Below, piece after piece: positions 9,384 to 18,319 of a stretch of 64,000 nt of DNA. The stretch covers positions 21,395-85,394 of the forward strand of contig LFRS01000102.1 of NCBI GenBank assembly GCA_001512435.1, given 5' to 3'. A program made the translations under genes and the position numbers. Under the pieces are notes generated by a model that was given only the letters and a program-made list of their open reading frames with translations, was not told the DNA's origin and did not search any database. Positions within the stretch are counted from its first letter, which is position 1, and every line of letters begins with the position of its first letter. The stretch comes from Halothermothrix sp. DTU029 (GTDB lineage: Bacteria; Bacillota; Halanaerobiia; Halanaerobiales; DTU029).

Positions 9384-10640
9384 ATGGAAATAAATTATGA
9401 GGAGTTACCTGATGATAAGATACTCTGTGTTGATATAAGGTCTTTTTTTGCCAGTATTGAAGCAGTTGAGCATGGTTGGGATCCCCTGGAGGTTTGCCTG
9501 GCAGTGGTAGGTGATAAGAGCCGTTCCGGCTCTGTTGTCCTGGCTGCTTCTCCTGCCCTTAAGGAGAAATATAATATTAAAACTGGTAGTAGATTGTATG
9601 AAATTCCGGAAAAAAAAGAAATTAAAATAGTAGAGGCCCGGATGGGCTTATATTTGAAACGTTCTTTACAGATTACCCTCTTATTTAGAGAGTTTGTCCC
9701 CCTTGATGCCATTCATGTTTATTCAATTGATGAATCCTGGTTAAAACTGGCCGGAACAGAAAGGTTATTTGGCGACAAACTACAGGTAGCCAGGATGATC
9801 AAGGAGAGGATAGAGAGGGATTTTGCCCTGCCCTCCAGCATGGGTCTGGGTCCTAATATGTTTCTGGCTAAGGTAGCCATGGATATAGAGGGGAAGAAAA
9901 AGGGCCTGGCCGAATGGACCTATGCTGATGTTAAGGAAAAATTATGGCCGGTACCGGTGGAAAAATGTTGGGGAATAGGCCGGAGGATGAGTAGATGGTT
10001 TAATAAGATTGGTGTCAATACTGTCGGGGATATAGCCCAATTACCCCTGGATTTTCTGGAGGATCGCTTTGGTATCATGGGGAACCAGCTTTATTATCAT
10101 GCCTGGGGTGTTGATCTTTCTAAACTGGAAGGCCATTATAATGACCCTCATAAGGCCATAGGCAGGGGTATTACCTTATTTAAAGATTATAATAATGAGG
10201 AAGAAATAAAAACCGTTATCTTTGATCTGGCAGAAGAGGTTGGTAAACGGGCCCGGGATAGCCATCTGGTAGGGAAAACAGTGATTTTAGGCCTTGGCTA
10301 TAGTAAGGAGGAAAAAGAGGCCGGTTTTCATTTACAGAGAACAGGGGAGACTTATACCAACCTGACCAGTGATATTTATCAGCTGGCCCTGGAATTATTT
10401 CTGGAAAATTATCAGGGGCAGGCGGTAAGAAGGGTAAGCCTGGCCCTGGGGAACCTGGCCTATTCAAGAGAAATGCAGTTGAATTTATTTACTGATCATT
10501 TGAAAGAGCTAAAATTGAGCAAGCTTAAGGATAGGCTTGAGAATAAATATGGTTATAAGGCCCTTTTTTTTGGCAAGAGTATGCGGCCTGGTAGTGTCAG
10601 AGAGCGGATCAAGACAACTATTGGTGGACATAGCAGTTAA
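9384..10640 (+). CDS. Y-family (DinB/UmuC-like) translesion DNA polymerase
   Basis: ILCVDIRSFFASIEA is an N-terminal catalytic motif resembling the canonical DMDAFFASVE. The length (about 418 aa) and C-terminal little-finger region fit the family. Start taken at ATG 9384. Confidence 0.8.
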   Translation: MEINYEELPDDKILCVDIRSFFASIEAVEHGWDPLEVCLAVVGDKSRSGSVVLAASPALKEKYNIKTGSRLYEIPEKKEIKIVEARMGLYLKRSLQITLLFREFVPLDAIHVYSIDESWLKLAGTERLFGDKLQVARMIKERIERDFALPSSMGLGPNMFLAKVAMDIEGKKKGLAEWTYADVKEKLWPVPVEKCWGIGRRMSRWFNKIGVNTVGDIAQLPLDFLEDRFGIMGNQLYYHAWGVDLSKLEGHYNDPHKAIGRGITLFKDYNNEEEIKTVIFDLAEEVGKRARDSHLVGKTVILGLGYSKEEKEAGFHLQRTGETYTNLTSDIYQLALELFLENYQGQAVRRVSLALGNLAYSREMQLNLFTDHLKELKLSKLKDRLENKYGYKALFFGKSMRPGSVRERIKTTIGGHSS

Positions 10641-10644
10641 GTAT

Positions 10645-11259
10645 TTAAAAGGAAAAACTCAATTGCTTATCATCAGGCTGGAGAACCATATTTTCATCTG
10701 GGTATGGTTTTAAGGATTCCTGTAATTTTACCGGATCTGAAGCTGGATTAAGCCAGGCCAGCTCTTCTTCCTTATTCAGTATTACCGGCATCCGGTTGTG
10801 GATTTCCTGTATCTTTTTATTGGCTTCTGTAGTAATAATTACAAAATTAATTCCTGGTTTACCTTCTTTATCAGGGAAAAGATTATATACTCCAGCCAGA
10901 GAGAAAAACTTTTCTTTCTCCAGGAAGATCCGGTGTTTAATTTTCTTTTTCCCTTCTTTACTCCATTCAAAAAAGGCATTAACGGGAATTATACATCTCT
11001 GACTATTGAAGGGGCCCTGGAAGGTTTTTTTCTGTCTGATGGTTTCAGAACGGGCATTAATAAGCAGGCTCTTTTGATAGGAGGAGGGGAATCCCCAGTG
11101 GGCCAGTTCTAATTCTGGCCTTTCTCTGTAAATAATAATAGGTACCTGTTGGGAAGGAAATACTTCCTGATCTAGCTCCAGCTTTAGATCACTTTTTAGA
11201 ATACCGTATCTTTCCAGCAATTCATCAATATTAATTTTTAAATAATATCTTCCACACAT
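10645..11259 (-). CDS. SOS response-associated peptidase (SRAP/YedK family)
   Basis: 204 aa beginning MCGRY (catalytic Cys2), with a family-typical HNRMPVIL motif. Confidence 0.9.
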   Translation of the reverse strand: MCGRYYLKINIDELLERYGILKSDLKLELDQEVFPSQQVPIIIYRERPELELAHWGFPSSYQKSLLINARSETIRQKKTFQGPFNSQRCIIPVNAFFEWSKEGKKKIKHRIFLEKEKFFSLAGVYNLFPDKEGKPGINFVIITTEANKKIQEIHNRMPVILNKEEELAWLNPASDPVKLQESLKPYPDENMVLQPDDKQLSFSF

Positions 11260-11275
11260 CTTTTTTCACCTGATT

Positions 11276-11304
11276 TTGCAATTTTTTCTTTCATACTATA
11301 TAAT
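11276..11304 (+). promoter_or_regulatory. Sigma-A consensus promoter reading toward the patatin gene
   Basis: TTGCAA (11276-81), a 17-nt spacer, then TATAAT (11299-304). Confidence 0.55.
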
Positions 11305-11333
11305 ATAATAGAATTATTTTTATATTTATGCAA
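11305..11333 (-). promoter_or_regulatory. Sigma-A type promoter reading toward the SRAP gene
   Basis: On the minus strand: TTGCAT (complement of 11328-33), a 17-nt spacer, then TATTAT (complement of 11305-10). Confidence 0.5.
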
Positions 11334-11391
11334 GGACTGAATACTTATTTAAAAGGAATTTTGTCTATTTCTTAAAGGGGGTAAAACTTGG

Positions 11392-12174
11392 ATGTCTGGG
11401 AAAAAACCCCGTATTGGTCTGGCCCTGGGCAGTGGAGCAGCCCGGGGGTTGGCCCATATACCAGTATTGGAAGTTCTGGAAAAAGAGAATATTGCTATTG
11501 ATATGATTGTTGGTACCAGTATCGGCAGCCTTGTTGGAGGTGTTTATGCTGCTGGTATGCCAGTAAAGTATATGAAGGAGATTGCCAGGGAGATTGACTG
11601 GGATTTTATCAGTGATGTGACCTTTCCCAGAAAAGGCCTGATTAAGGGAGATAAGTTATTGGCTTTTCTGGAAATCATCACCCAGAAAAAAGATATAGAA
11701 GATTTAAAGATTCCTTTTAGTGCAATTGCCTGTGATATTGAAAAGGGAGAACACATAATATTAAATAAGGGTTCCCTTGCCAGGGCTATCCGGGCCTCCA
11801 CTTCTATTCCTGGTATTTATGTTCCCTTTTATCACCAGGGTAGATTGTTGGTTGATGGGGGAGTTCTTGATCCTGTTCCAGTTTCTACTGTGCGGAAAAT
11901 GGGAGCAGACATAGTAATTGCTGTTGATGTGGGAGTAAAGAATGTCTCCTATACAGCTAATACTATTTTTGATATCTTATTTAATACCTTTGACATTATA
12001 CAGAGGGAGCTGGAAAATTACAGGGAATTACAGGCAGATATAATAATAAAACCGGATCTAACTGGTACAAATACCTTTGATTTGCATAATTATGAGAAAT
12101 ATTTTACAGCAGGTTATGAAGCTATCTATAATGCTTTGCCAGAGATAAAAGAAATCATTAAGGAGAGAAGTTAA
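11392..12174 (+). CDS. Patatin-like phospholipase (RssA/NTE family)
   Basis: Contains GSGAARG (oxyanion hole), GTSIGS (GxSxG) and the catalytic Asp in DGG. Confidence 0.85.
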   Translation: MSGKKPRIGLALGSGAARGLAHIPVLEVLEKENIAIDMIVGTSIGSLVGGVYAAGMPVKYMKEIAREIDWDFISDVTFPRKGLIKGDKLLAFLEIITQKKDIEDLKIPFSAIACDIEKGEHIILNKGSLARAIRASTSIPGIYVPFYHQGRLLVDGGVLDPVPVSTVRKMGADIVIAVDVGVKNVSYTANTIFDILFNTFDIIQRELENYRELQADIIIKPDLTGTNTFDLHNYEKYFTAGYEAIYNALPEIKEIIKERS

Positions 12175-13176
12175 ATGTCAAGACAGAATGGTTTTATAAG
12201 CAGTATAGCCGGTATTCTATTTATAAGTATTATTGTTTCTTTTTTTCTTCCTACCCCTTATATGATTATGGCTCCTGGAGTTGCCCAGGAATTGTCCTCA
12301 ATAATAACAGTAGAAGATGGTTATAAAGAAGAAAACAAGGGAGAATTTATGTTGACTGCTGTATCAACCCAGAGGGCAACTATACTGGATTATATATATA
12401 TTAAACTCAGCAAACCCACTGGTGTAGAGTTGGGCCATATGTCAGAACACCTTCCAGAAGGCATGAGCATGGTAGAATATCTGGAGATTATGGATGAATT
12501 TATGCAGGATAGTCAGAATAAAGCAATAGCAGTGGCTCTTCAAAAAGTAGGCTTGCCTGTCCAGATTGAAAATAACGGAATCAGGATTACAGATGTTTTA
12601 AAAAACGGTGCTGCCCGTGGCAAACTGGAAAGGGGAGATCTGATTATTGCTGTTGATGGACAGAAAGTTACTAAAGATACGGAAGCCGTTGAGTTAATTC
12701 AAAAGCGGAATATTGGAGATCCAGTTACTATAACAGTAGACAGGGATGGGGAGATCCTGGATTATACTATGGAAACAATAGATCTTGAACGTGATGAGGA
12801 GCCCCGCCCCTCTATTGGGGTTACTATTTATACCAGTAATGATTATACCTTTCCTAGAAAGGTCCATTTCCATACGGAAAATATCGGTGGTTCTTCAGCA
12901 GGTGGTATGTTTGCCCTGGAAATATATAACCAGCTGGTGGAGGAAGATATAACCCGGGGAAGAAGGATTGCTGGCACCGGGACAATAGACCTGGATGGGA
13001 AAATCGGCCCTATTGATGGAGTAAAGCAGAAAATAATAGCTGCTGAAAGAGAGGGAGCTGAATTATTTTTTGTTCCTATGGAAAACTATGAAAAAGCCCT
13101 GGAAACTGCCACTTATATTAAGGTGGTAGCTATTGAAACAATTGATGATGCTATAGAATATTTGAGGCAGAATTAG
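12175..13176 (+). CDS. PDZ-domain Lon-like membrane protease (YlbL/SepM family)
   Basis: N-terminal TM segment, a PDZ region, and a Lon-protease-like C-terminus with GSSAG and a downstream Lys. Confidence 0.8.
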   Translation: MSRQNGFISSIAGILFISIIVSFFLPTPYMIMAPGVAQELSSIITVEDGYKEENKGEFMLTAVSTQRATILDYIYIKLSKPTGVELGHMSEHLPEGMSMVEYLEIMDEFMQDSQNKAIAVALQKVGLPVQIENNGIRITDVLKNGAARGKLERGDLIIAVDGQKVTKDTEAVELIQKRNIGDPVTITVDRDGEILDYTMETIDLERDEEPRPSIGVTIYTSNDYTFPRKVHFHTENIGGSSAGGMFALEIYNQLVEEDITRGRRIAGTGTIDLDGKIGPIDGVKQKIIAAEREGAELFFVPMENYEKALETATYIKVVAIETIDDAIEYLRQN

Positions 13177-14441
13177 TATTTGATCAGTGGTCTTGTGAAA
13201 TCCTGATGACCCTGCCTGTAGGCAGGGTTTTTATATAAGAGGCTATAAATATCACTGGCCAGGATATCATAACTTAAAGATTTAATTAAAGGGTCTTTAC
13301 TCTCAGGATCAATTTCCCGGAGATATTCAGCTGGATTGACTATTACCGGCAGGCTGGCTTTATTTTTTAGTCTTCCCAGGAGGTCCAGCCTTTCTTTGCT
13401 GACACCCAGAATACGGATATATTGTGGTCCAAACTGATCAAGATAATTAAAATCCTCCTCCTTAAGATTAAAAAACAGATGGAGGAGATTTCTTTGGATC
13501 CTGGTCCAGGTATAGGCCCTGGTTTTTATGTTCTGGACTAATTCTTTAAATTTACCTGCCCGGTGAACTTCCCTGTAGATCCTGTGCTCTAGCCCATTAT
13601 TAATTTCGGCATATTCTCTTAACTTTTCTATATTTAATTTTCTAATCGAAGAAATAAGCATTAGACTGAAATTATCCAGATCAGCAGGAGCTATTCCCTC
13701 TTCTATGGCCTTACTCATGATCTGGTATGTATTTTCCGGGAGATAGGCTTTAGCTTTCTCCAGTTTACCCTGATATACCAATTCCCTGATGGCTGTGGCA
13801 CTGGCAATAGTATTTTTTAGTTCTTTCTCATGATAGCCACTACCCAGGCGCTTGATAGTAAAAGGATGAATAACTGACTTTAAATCTTCCAGGCTTTTGA
13901 GGTATTCGATAGCCAGGATATTATTTGGTTCATTAAGGATTTCTAGAAGTTCTCCTGGTGAAAAAGAAAACCTATCGGGATTTGCCAGGAGATAGTCTTT
14001 TAAGGCAGTCTCTCTGGCAACAGGAAAGGCTTTTCCCCTGGCCAATTCTTCCTGTAATATTTCCTCTAGATTTTCTTTTTCTTGGAGCAAAATCCTGGCG
14101 ATTTCTTTTAGGGGTTCAATCCGGCCTGTTTCACTTCCGAAAACTATACTATCTATAATATTGCTTTTATCCAGTATCTGAATAGCACCACTGGCAAAAT
14201 ACTCTGCACTCCGGATACCGTAAATAAGGGGTAGTTCTATGACCAGGTCAGCCCCATTGGCCAGGGCTATTTTGCTCCTGGTCCATTTATCCAGTAAGGC
14301 AGGTTCACCCCTTTGTACAAAATTACCATTCATGATTACAATCAGGGTCCTGGATCCTGTTATTTCTTTTGCTTTTTGTAAGTGATAGAGGTGGCCCTTA
14401 TGAAAGGGGTTATATTCACTGATAATACCTACTGTATTCAT
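13173..14441 (-). CDS. tmcAL: tRNA(Met) cytidine acetate ligase (UPF0348/YlbM family)
   Basis: 422 aa with N-terminus GIISEYNPFHKGHLYHL (the HxGH nucleotidyltransferase motif of this family). Confidence 0.8.
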   Translation of the reverse strand: MNTVGIISEYNPFHKGHLYHLQKAKEITGSRTLIVIMNGNFVQRGEPALLDKWTRSKIALANGADLVIELPLIYGIRSAEYFASGAIQILDKSNIIDSIVFGSETGRIEPLKEIARILLQEKENLEEILQEELARGKAFPVARETALKDYLLANPDRFSFSPGELLEILNEPNNILAIEYLKSLEDLKSVIHPFTIKRLGSGYHEKELKNTIASATAIRELVYQGKLEKAKAYLPENTYQIMSKAIEEGIAPADLDNFSLMLISSIRKLNIEKLREYAEINNGLEHRIYREVHRAGKFKELVQNIKTRAYTWTRIQRNLLHLFFNLKEEDFNYLDQFGPQYIRILGVSKERLDLLGRLKNKASLPVIVNPAEYLREIDPESKDPLIKSLSYDILASDIYSLLYKNPAYRQGHQDFTRPLIKY

Positions 14442-14647
14442 ACATTTTTCTCCTTTAATCGTCTTAAAATTTTGAGAAGTAATACTTTAATACAAAATAA
14501 AGGATAATTTTATCTCTTGTAGTATTATAATATAATGATAACAGAAATAAATTCAATAAACAATTTGTCTACTTTCTTTTCTGTTTACAGTTTAGAATAA
14601 ATTGTTTATTAGGTAAAAATTAAATATTTCAGAAAGGGGATTTAAGA

Positions 14648-15640
14648 ATGGATCTATTGGAAAGCTTTAAAAAGCGGGCCAGTGAGAACAGGAAATATAT
14701 TGTCTTACCAGAAGGCAATGAACCAAGGGTAATTAGGGCTGCAGCGTCAATACTTGAGCAAGGTATAGCAGACCTTTATCTTCTTGGCGAAGAAGAGGAG
14801 ATTAAGAGTAGGGCCAGGGACCTTGGTGTAAGTGTTGATGGTGCAACTTTAATTAATCCTGTTCAATCAGAATTACTGGATGAATTTGCCGAGCAATTTT
14901 TTCAATTAAGAAAACACAAAGGGATTACAGAGGAAGAAGCCAGAAGTCAAGTAATGAATCCCCTCTATTTTGCTACTATGTTAGTACATACTGGACGGGC
15001 TGCCGGTATGGTAGCAGGGTCCATCAACTCAACCGGTGATGTTTTAAGACCAGCTTTTCAAATTATTAAAACCAGGCCTGGTGTTTCAATTGTATCCGGT
15101 GCTTTCATTATGCAGGTGCCTGACTGTGAATATGGTGAAAAGGGGTCTTTTATTTTTGCCGATTGTGCAGTAAATCCCAATCCCGATGAGGAACAACTGG
15201 CAGAGATAGCAATTTCTTCTGCAGAAACTGCCAGAACCTTACTGGGAATAGAGCCGATGGTAGCCATGTTATCCTTTTCCACCAAGGGCAGTGCTAAACA
15301 TGAATTAGTAGATAAGGTTGTTAAAGCATCAGCAATTGCCAGGGAAAAAGCACCTGAATTGAAACTGGATGGAGAACTACAGGCTGATGCTGCGCTGGTT
15401 GCTGCTGTAGGCAAGACCAAGTGCCCTGATAGTGAAGTAGCAGGCAAGGCCAATGTCCTTGTTTTCCCTGACCTCCAGTCTGGTAATATTGGCTATAAGC
15501 TGGTAGAGCGGCTGGCTGGGGCCCAGGCAGTAGGGCCAATTCTCCAGGGTATAGCAAAACCTGTTAATGATCTGTCCAGAGGCTGTTCAGTTGAAGACAT
15601 TATCAATATTGTTGCTATTACTTCTGTACAGGCAGAATAA
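14648..15640 (+). CDS. pta: Phosphate acetyltransferase
   Basis: 330 aa of the PTA_PTB family, immediately upstream of ackA. Confidence 0.93.
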   Translation: MDLLESFKKRASENRKYIVLPEGNEPRVIRAAASILEQGIADLYLLGEEEEIKSRARDLGVSVDGATLINPVQSELLDEFAEQFFQLRKHKGITEEEARSQVMNPLYFATMLVHTGRAAGMVAGSINSTGDVLRPAFQIIKTRPGVSIVSGAFIMQVPDCEYGEKGSFIFADCAVNPNPDEEQLAEIAISSAETARTLLGIEPMVAMLSFSTKGSAKHELVDKVVKASAIAREKAPELKLDGELQADAALVAAVGKTKCPDSEVAGKANVLVFPDLQSGNIGYKLVERLAGAQAVGPILQGIAKPVNDLSRGCSVEDIINIVAITSVQAE

Positions 15641-15707
15641 TGGCAGCAGGGGAAAGACTTGTTAAAGAAAGAACAAATAAAAGAATAGATATAAGGGTGA
15701 GGCAGAG

Positions 15708-16898
15708 ATGATAATATTAGTAATTAATTCTGGAAGTTCTTCGATCAAATATCAACTCTTTAATATGGAAGAAGAAATTGTAGTGGCTAAGGGAGGAATT
15801 CAACGCATAGGTATTGCTAATTCATTCCTGGAACATGAAACCCATGAGGGAAAAGAGACCAGGATTGATCAAGATATACCCGATCATGCAGCAGGTATCA
15901 GGCTCATGATGGATGTTTTGCTGGATGAGGAATATGGTGTTATTAATGATATTGATGAGATAGATGCTGTTGGCCACCGGGTTCTTCATGGTGGTGAAAA
16001 ATTTACTGAATCAATAATTATTGATGAAGAGGTAGTAAAGACTATAGAAGAGTATTGTGATCTGGGCCCCCTTCATAATCCCCATAATTTGACCGGGATC
16101 AGGGTTTGTAAAAAGTTGATGCCAGACAAACCACAGGTAGCAGTTTTTGATACCTCTTTCCATACAACCATGCCAGAAAAGGCTTATCTTTATGCATTAC
16201 CTTATGAGTATTATGAAAAATACAAGGTAAAAAGATATGGTTTTCATGGTACCTCACATCGCTATGTCAGCAGGCGTTGTGCCCAATTAATGAACAGGCC
16301 TTATGAAGAACTAAAAATAATATCCTGTCATTTGGGTAATGGAGCCAGCATAGCAGCTGTTGCCAATGGTAAATGTGTGGATACTTCAATGGGACTTACA
16401 CCACTGGAAGGATTGGTAATGGGTACCCGGTGTGGAGATATAGATCCAGCCATTATCAAATTTATTATGGAAAAAGAAGGCCTGACTATTGAAGAGATGG
16501 ACAAAATAATGAATAAAAAGAGCGGCCTTTTGGGTATTTCAGGAATCAGTAATGATTCCAGGGATGTGAGTGAAGCAGCTAAAAATGGTAATTACCGGGC
16601 AAAACTGGCCCTGGAGCTTTTTGATTATCGTATTGTAAAATATATTGGTGCCTATATGGCTGCCATGGGTGGAGTAGATGCCATAGTCTTTACAGCTGGA
16701 ATTGGTGAAAACCAGTTTGAAACCCGGGCAAATATCATCGAGCAATTAGGTTTCCTGGGTATAAAACTTGATCCAGAAGCCAATAAGGTTAGAGGAGAAG
16801 AAAAGGAGATCTCTACAGCTGATTCCACTGTCAAGGTTTTTGTAATACCTACCAATGAGGAATTAATGATTGCCAGAGATACTCTTGCTTTAATTTAA
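15708..16898 (+). CDS. ackA: Acetate kinase
   Basis: 396 aa with the VINSGSSSIKYQLF N-terminal signature. Confidence 0.95.
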   Translation: MIILVINSGSSSIKYQLFNMEEEIVVAKGGIQRIGIANSFLEHETHEGKETRIDQDIPDHAAGIRLMMDVLLDEEYGVINDIDEIDAVGHRVLHGGEKFTESIIIDEEVVKTIEEYCDLGPLHNPHNLTGIRVCKKLMPDKPQVAVFDTSFHTTMPEKAYLYALPYEYYEKYKVKRYGFHGTSHRYVSRRCAQLMNRPYEELKIISCHLGNGASIAAVANGKCVDTSMGLTPLEGLVMGTRCGDIDPAIIKFIMEKEGLTIEEMDKIMNKKSGLLGISGISNDSRDVSEAAKNGNYRAKLALELFDYRIVKYIGAYMAAMGGVDAIVFTAGIGENQFETRANIIEQLGFLGIKLDPEANKVRGEEKEISTADSTVKVFVIPTNEELMIARDTLALI

Positions 16899-16908
16899 TA
16901 TCTTCTTC

Positions 16909-16938
16909 TTGACAAGAGATGAGGGTTTCTATTATAAT
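16909..16938 (+). promoter_or_regulatory. Sigma-A type promoter for yceD-rpmF
   Basis: TTGACA (16909-14), an 18-nt spacer, then TATAAT (16933-38). Confidence 0.5.
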
Positions 16939-16969
16939 AAATTGTGGTTTCCTGTGAGGTGATGAAAGA

Positions 16970-17455
16970 GTGAATATTGATTTAAGTAATCTCAAAGAAC
17001 CTGGCAGCTCAAAATCAATACAGGAAAGGATCAAAATACCGGCTTTTGAATTCCAGAAGCAGGAAATAGAGACCCCATATCTCTTTGATCTGGATTTGAA
17101 TATTATTAATACCAGTGATTCTTTTGTGCTGACTGGGCAATTATCTGGTGTTTTGTCCCTTGTCTGTAATCGGTGTCTGGAAAAATTCGAGTATGAGCTA
17201 CAAGTAGAGATAGAGGAAGAATTACTTAAAGAAGAAGTGGAGAGCATTGAGAGGATTAACCTTATCGGGATCTTACAGGAAAATATCCTCCTGGCATTAC
17301 CGATAAAAAATCTCTGCTCCGAAAATTGCAAAGGCCTCTGTACAGTTTGTGGCCAAAACCTCAATGAAGAAGAATGTAATTGTGAAAGAGAAACTATTGA
17401 TCCAAGGCTGGCAATATTAAAAGATTTTTATAAAAAAGCTGATCATGAGGGATAA
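16970..17455 (+). CDS. yceD: DUF177 (YceD family) protein
   Basis: 161 aa with two CxxC pairs (CNRC, CTVC), directly upstream of rpmF (a conserved pairing). GTG start with SD GAGGTGA. Confidence 0.85.
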   Translation: MNIDLSNLKEPGSSKSIQERIKIPAFEFQKQEIETPYLFDLDLNIINTSDSFVLTGQLSGVLSLVCNRCLEKFEYELQVEIEEELLKEEVESIERINLIGILQENILLALPIKNLCSENCKGLCTVCGQNLNEEECNCERETIDPRLAILKDFYKKADHEG

Positions 17456-17469
17456 GGAGGTGTTAGATT

Positions 17470-17643
17470 ATGGCTGTACGAAAGAGAAAAACTTCAAAAT
17501 CCCGCAAACTAAAAAGACGCACTCACTGGAAGTTGAATACTCCTAATTTAATTGAATGTCCCCAGTGCCATGAGTTAATATTACCTCATAGAGTATGTCC
17601 GTCTTGCGGCCATTATAAAGGCAAAGAGGTTGTCGGTGAATAA
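17470..17643 (+). CDS. rpmF: 50S ribosomal protein L32
   Basis: Not in the ORF track (57 aa): [22 protein letters not shown]...[34 protein letters not shown] lies upstream. Confidence 0.9.
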   Translation: MAVRKRKTSKSRKLKRRTHWKLNTPNLIECPQCHELILPHRVCPSCGHYKGKEVVGE

Positions 17644-17651
17644 GAATAAAT

Positions 17652-17673
17652 GACCCTGTATAGGGTCTTTTTT
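17652..17673 (+). terminator. Intrinsic terminator after rpmF
   Basis: GACCCT-gtat-AGGGTC followed by TTTTTT. Confidence 0.6.
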
Positions 17674-17691
17674 CATTTGGGAAAATATTTC

Positions 17692-17720
17692 TTGCAATCT
17701 TTACATAGATCAATTATAAT
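17692..17720 (+). promoter_or_regulatory. Sigma-A consensus promoter of the fapR-plsX-fab operon
   Basis: TTGCAA (17692-97), a 17-nt spacer, then TATAAT (17715-20). Confidence 0.6.
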
Positions 17721-17732
17721 ATTGTTAAATAA

Positions 17733-17749
17733 TTAGGACCAGGTATTAA
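17733..17749. promoter_or_regulatory. Candidate FapR operator (imperfect inverted repeat)
   Basis: TTAGGACC-A-GGTATTAA lies 12 nt downstream of the -10. From memory, it resembles the TTAGTACC...GGTACTAA-type FapR box described in Bacillus and Staphylococcus. Confidence 0.5.
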
Positions 17750-17761
17750 TAGGTGGTAATA

Positions 17762-18319
17762 ATGAGATATATAAAAGAGGATAGACAGAAACTATTGATA
17801 GAATTATTGGAGAAAGATCCTTTATTGACAGATCAGGAACTGGCACAGCGTTTTAATGTCAGTATTCAGACTATCAGGCTGGATCGTTTAATTTTGGGTA
17901 TTCCTGAATTAAGGGAACGGACCAGGCATGCTGCTTCTGCTTATGCAAGATTAAAATCTGTCAGCGAAGGGGAAGTTATCGGTGAATTAATAGCCCTGGA
18001 GTTAGGTAAGTATTCTGAGTCTTTATTGCTTACAACTCCAGAAATGGCTTTACAACGCTCCAAGGTTATCCGTGGCCATTTCCTTTTTGCCCAGGCTAAT
18101 TCCCTGGCAGTGGCTGTGATAGATGCCAGTAATGTTCTGACTGGTAAGGCTAATCTTACCTTCCATAAGGTAGTAAGAATTGGAGAAGAGATCAGGGCCA
18201 GGGCAGTAGTTAAAAGAGCTGAAAAGACCAGGTATCTTGTAGAGGTAAATTCTTATAATGGTGAGGAATTGGTCTTCACAGGAGAGTTTGTTTTATTTGC
18301 CAAAGAGGAGGTGGAGTAA
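17762..18319 (+). CDS. fapR: Fatty acid/phospholipid synthesis regulator FapR
   Basis: N-terminal HTH (DQELAQRFNVSIQTIRLDR) plus a hotdog-fold C-terminus, directly upstream of plsX. Start taken at ATG 17762 with SD AGGTGG. Confidence 0.85.
   Translation: MRYIKEDRQKLLIELLEKDPLLTDQELAQRFNVSIQTIRLDRLILGIPELRERTRHAASAYARLKSVSEGEVIGELIALELGKYSESLLLTTPEMALQRSKVIRGHFLFAQANSLAVAVIDASNVLTGKANLTFHKVVRIGEEIRARAVVKRAEKTRYLVEVNSYNGEELVFTGEFVLFAKEEVE

Noticed and set aside
16849-17364. 171-aa ORF on the minus strand overlapping yceD
   Set aside because: It is a shadow ORF antisense to a well-supported gene, with low-complexity Ser/Leu/Ile-rich translation and no SD. The same reasoning applies to 846-1157, 3069-3470, 4786-5145, 15058-15453, 20539-21003, 23557-24045, 28927-29391, 35528-35902, 59545-59907 and the other antisense or out-of-frame track ORFs.
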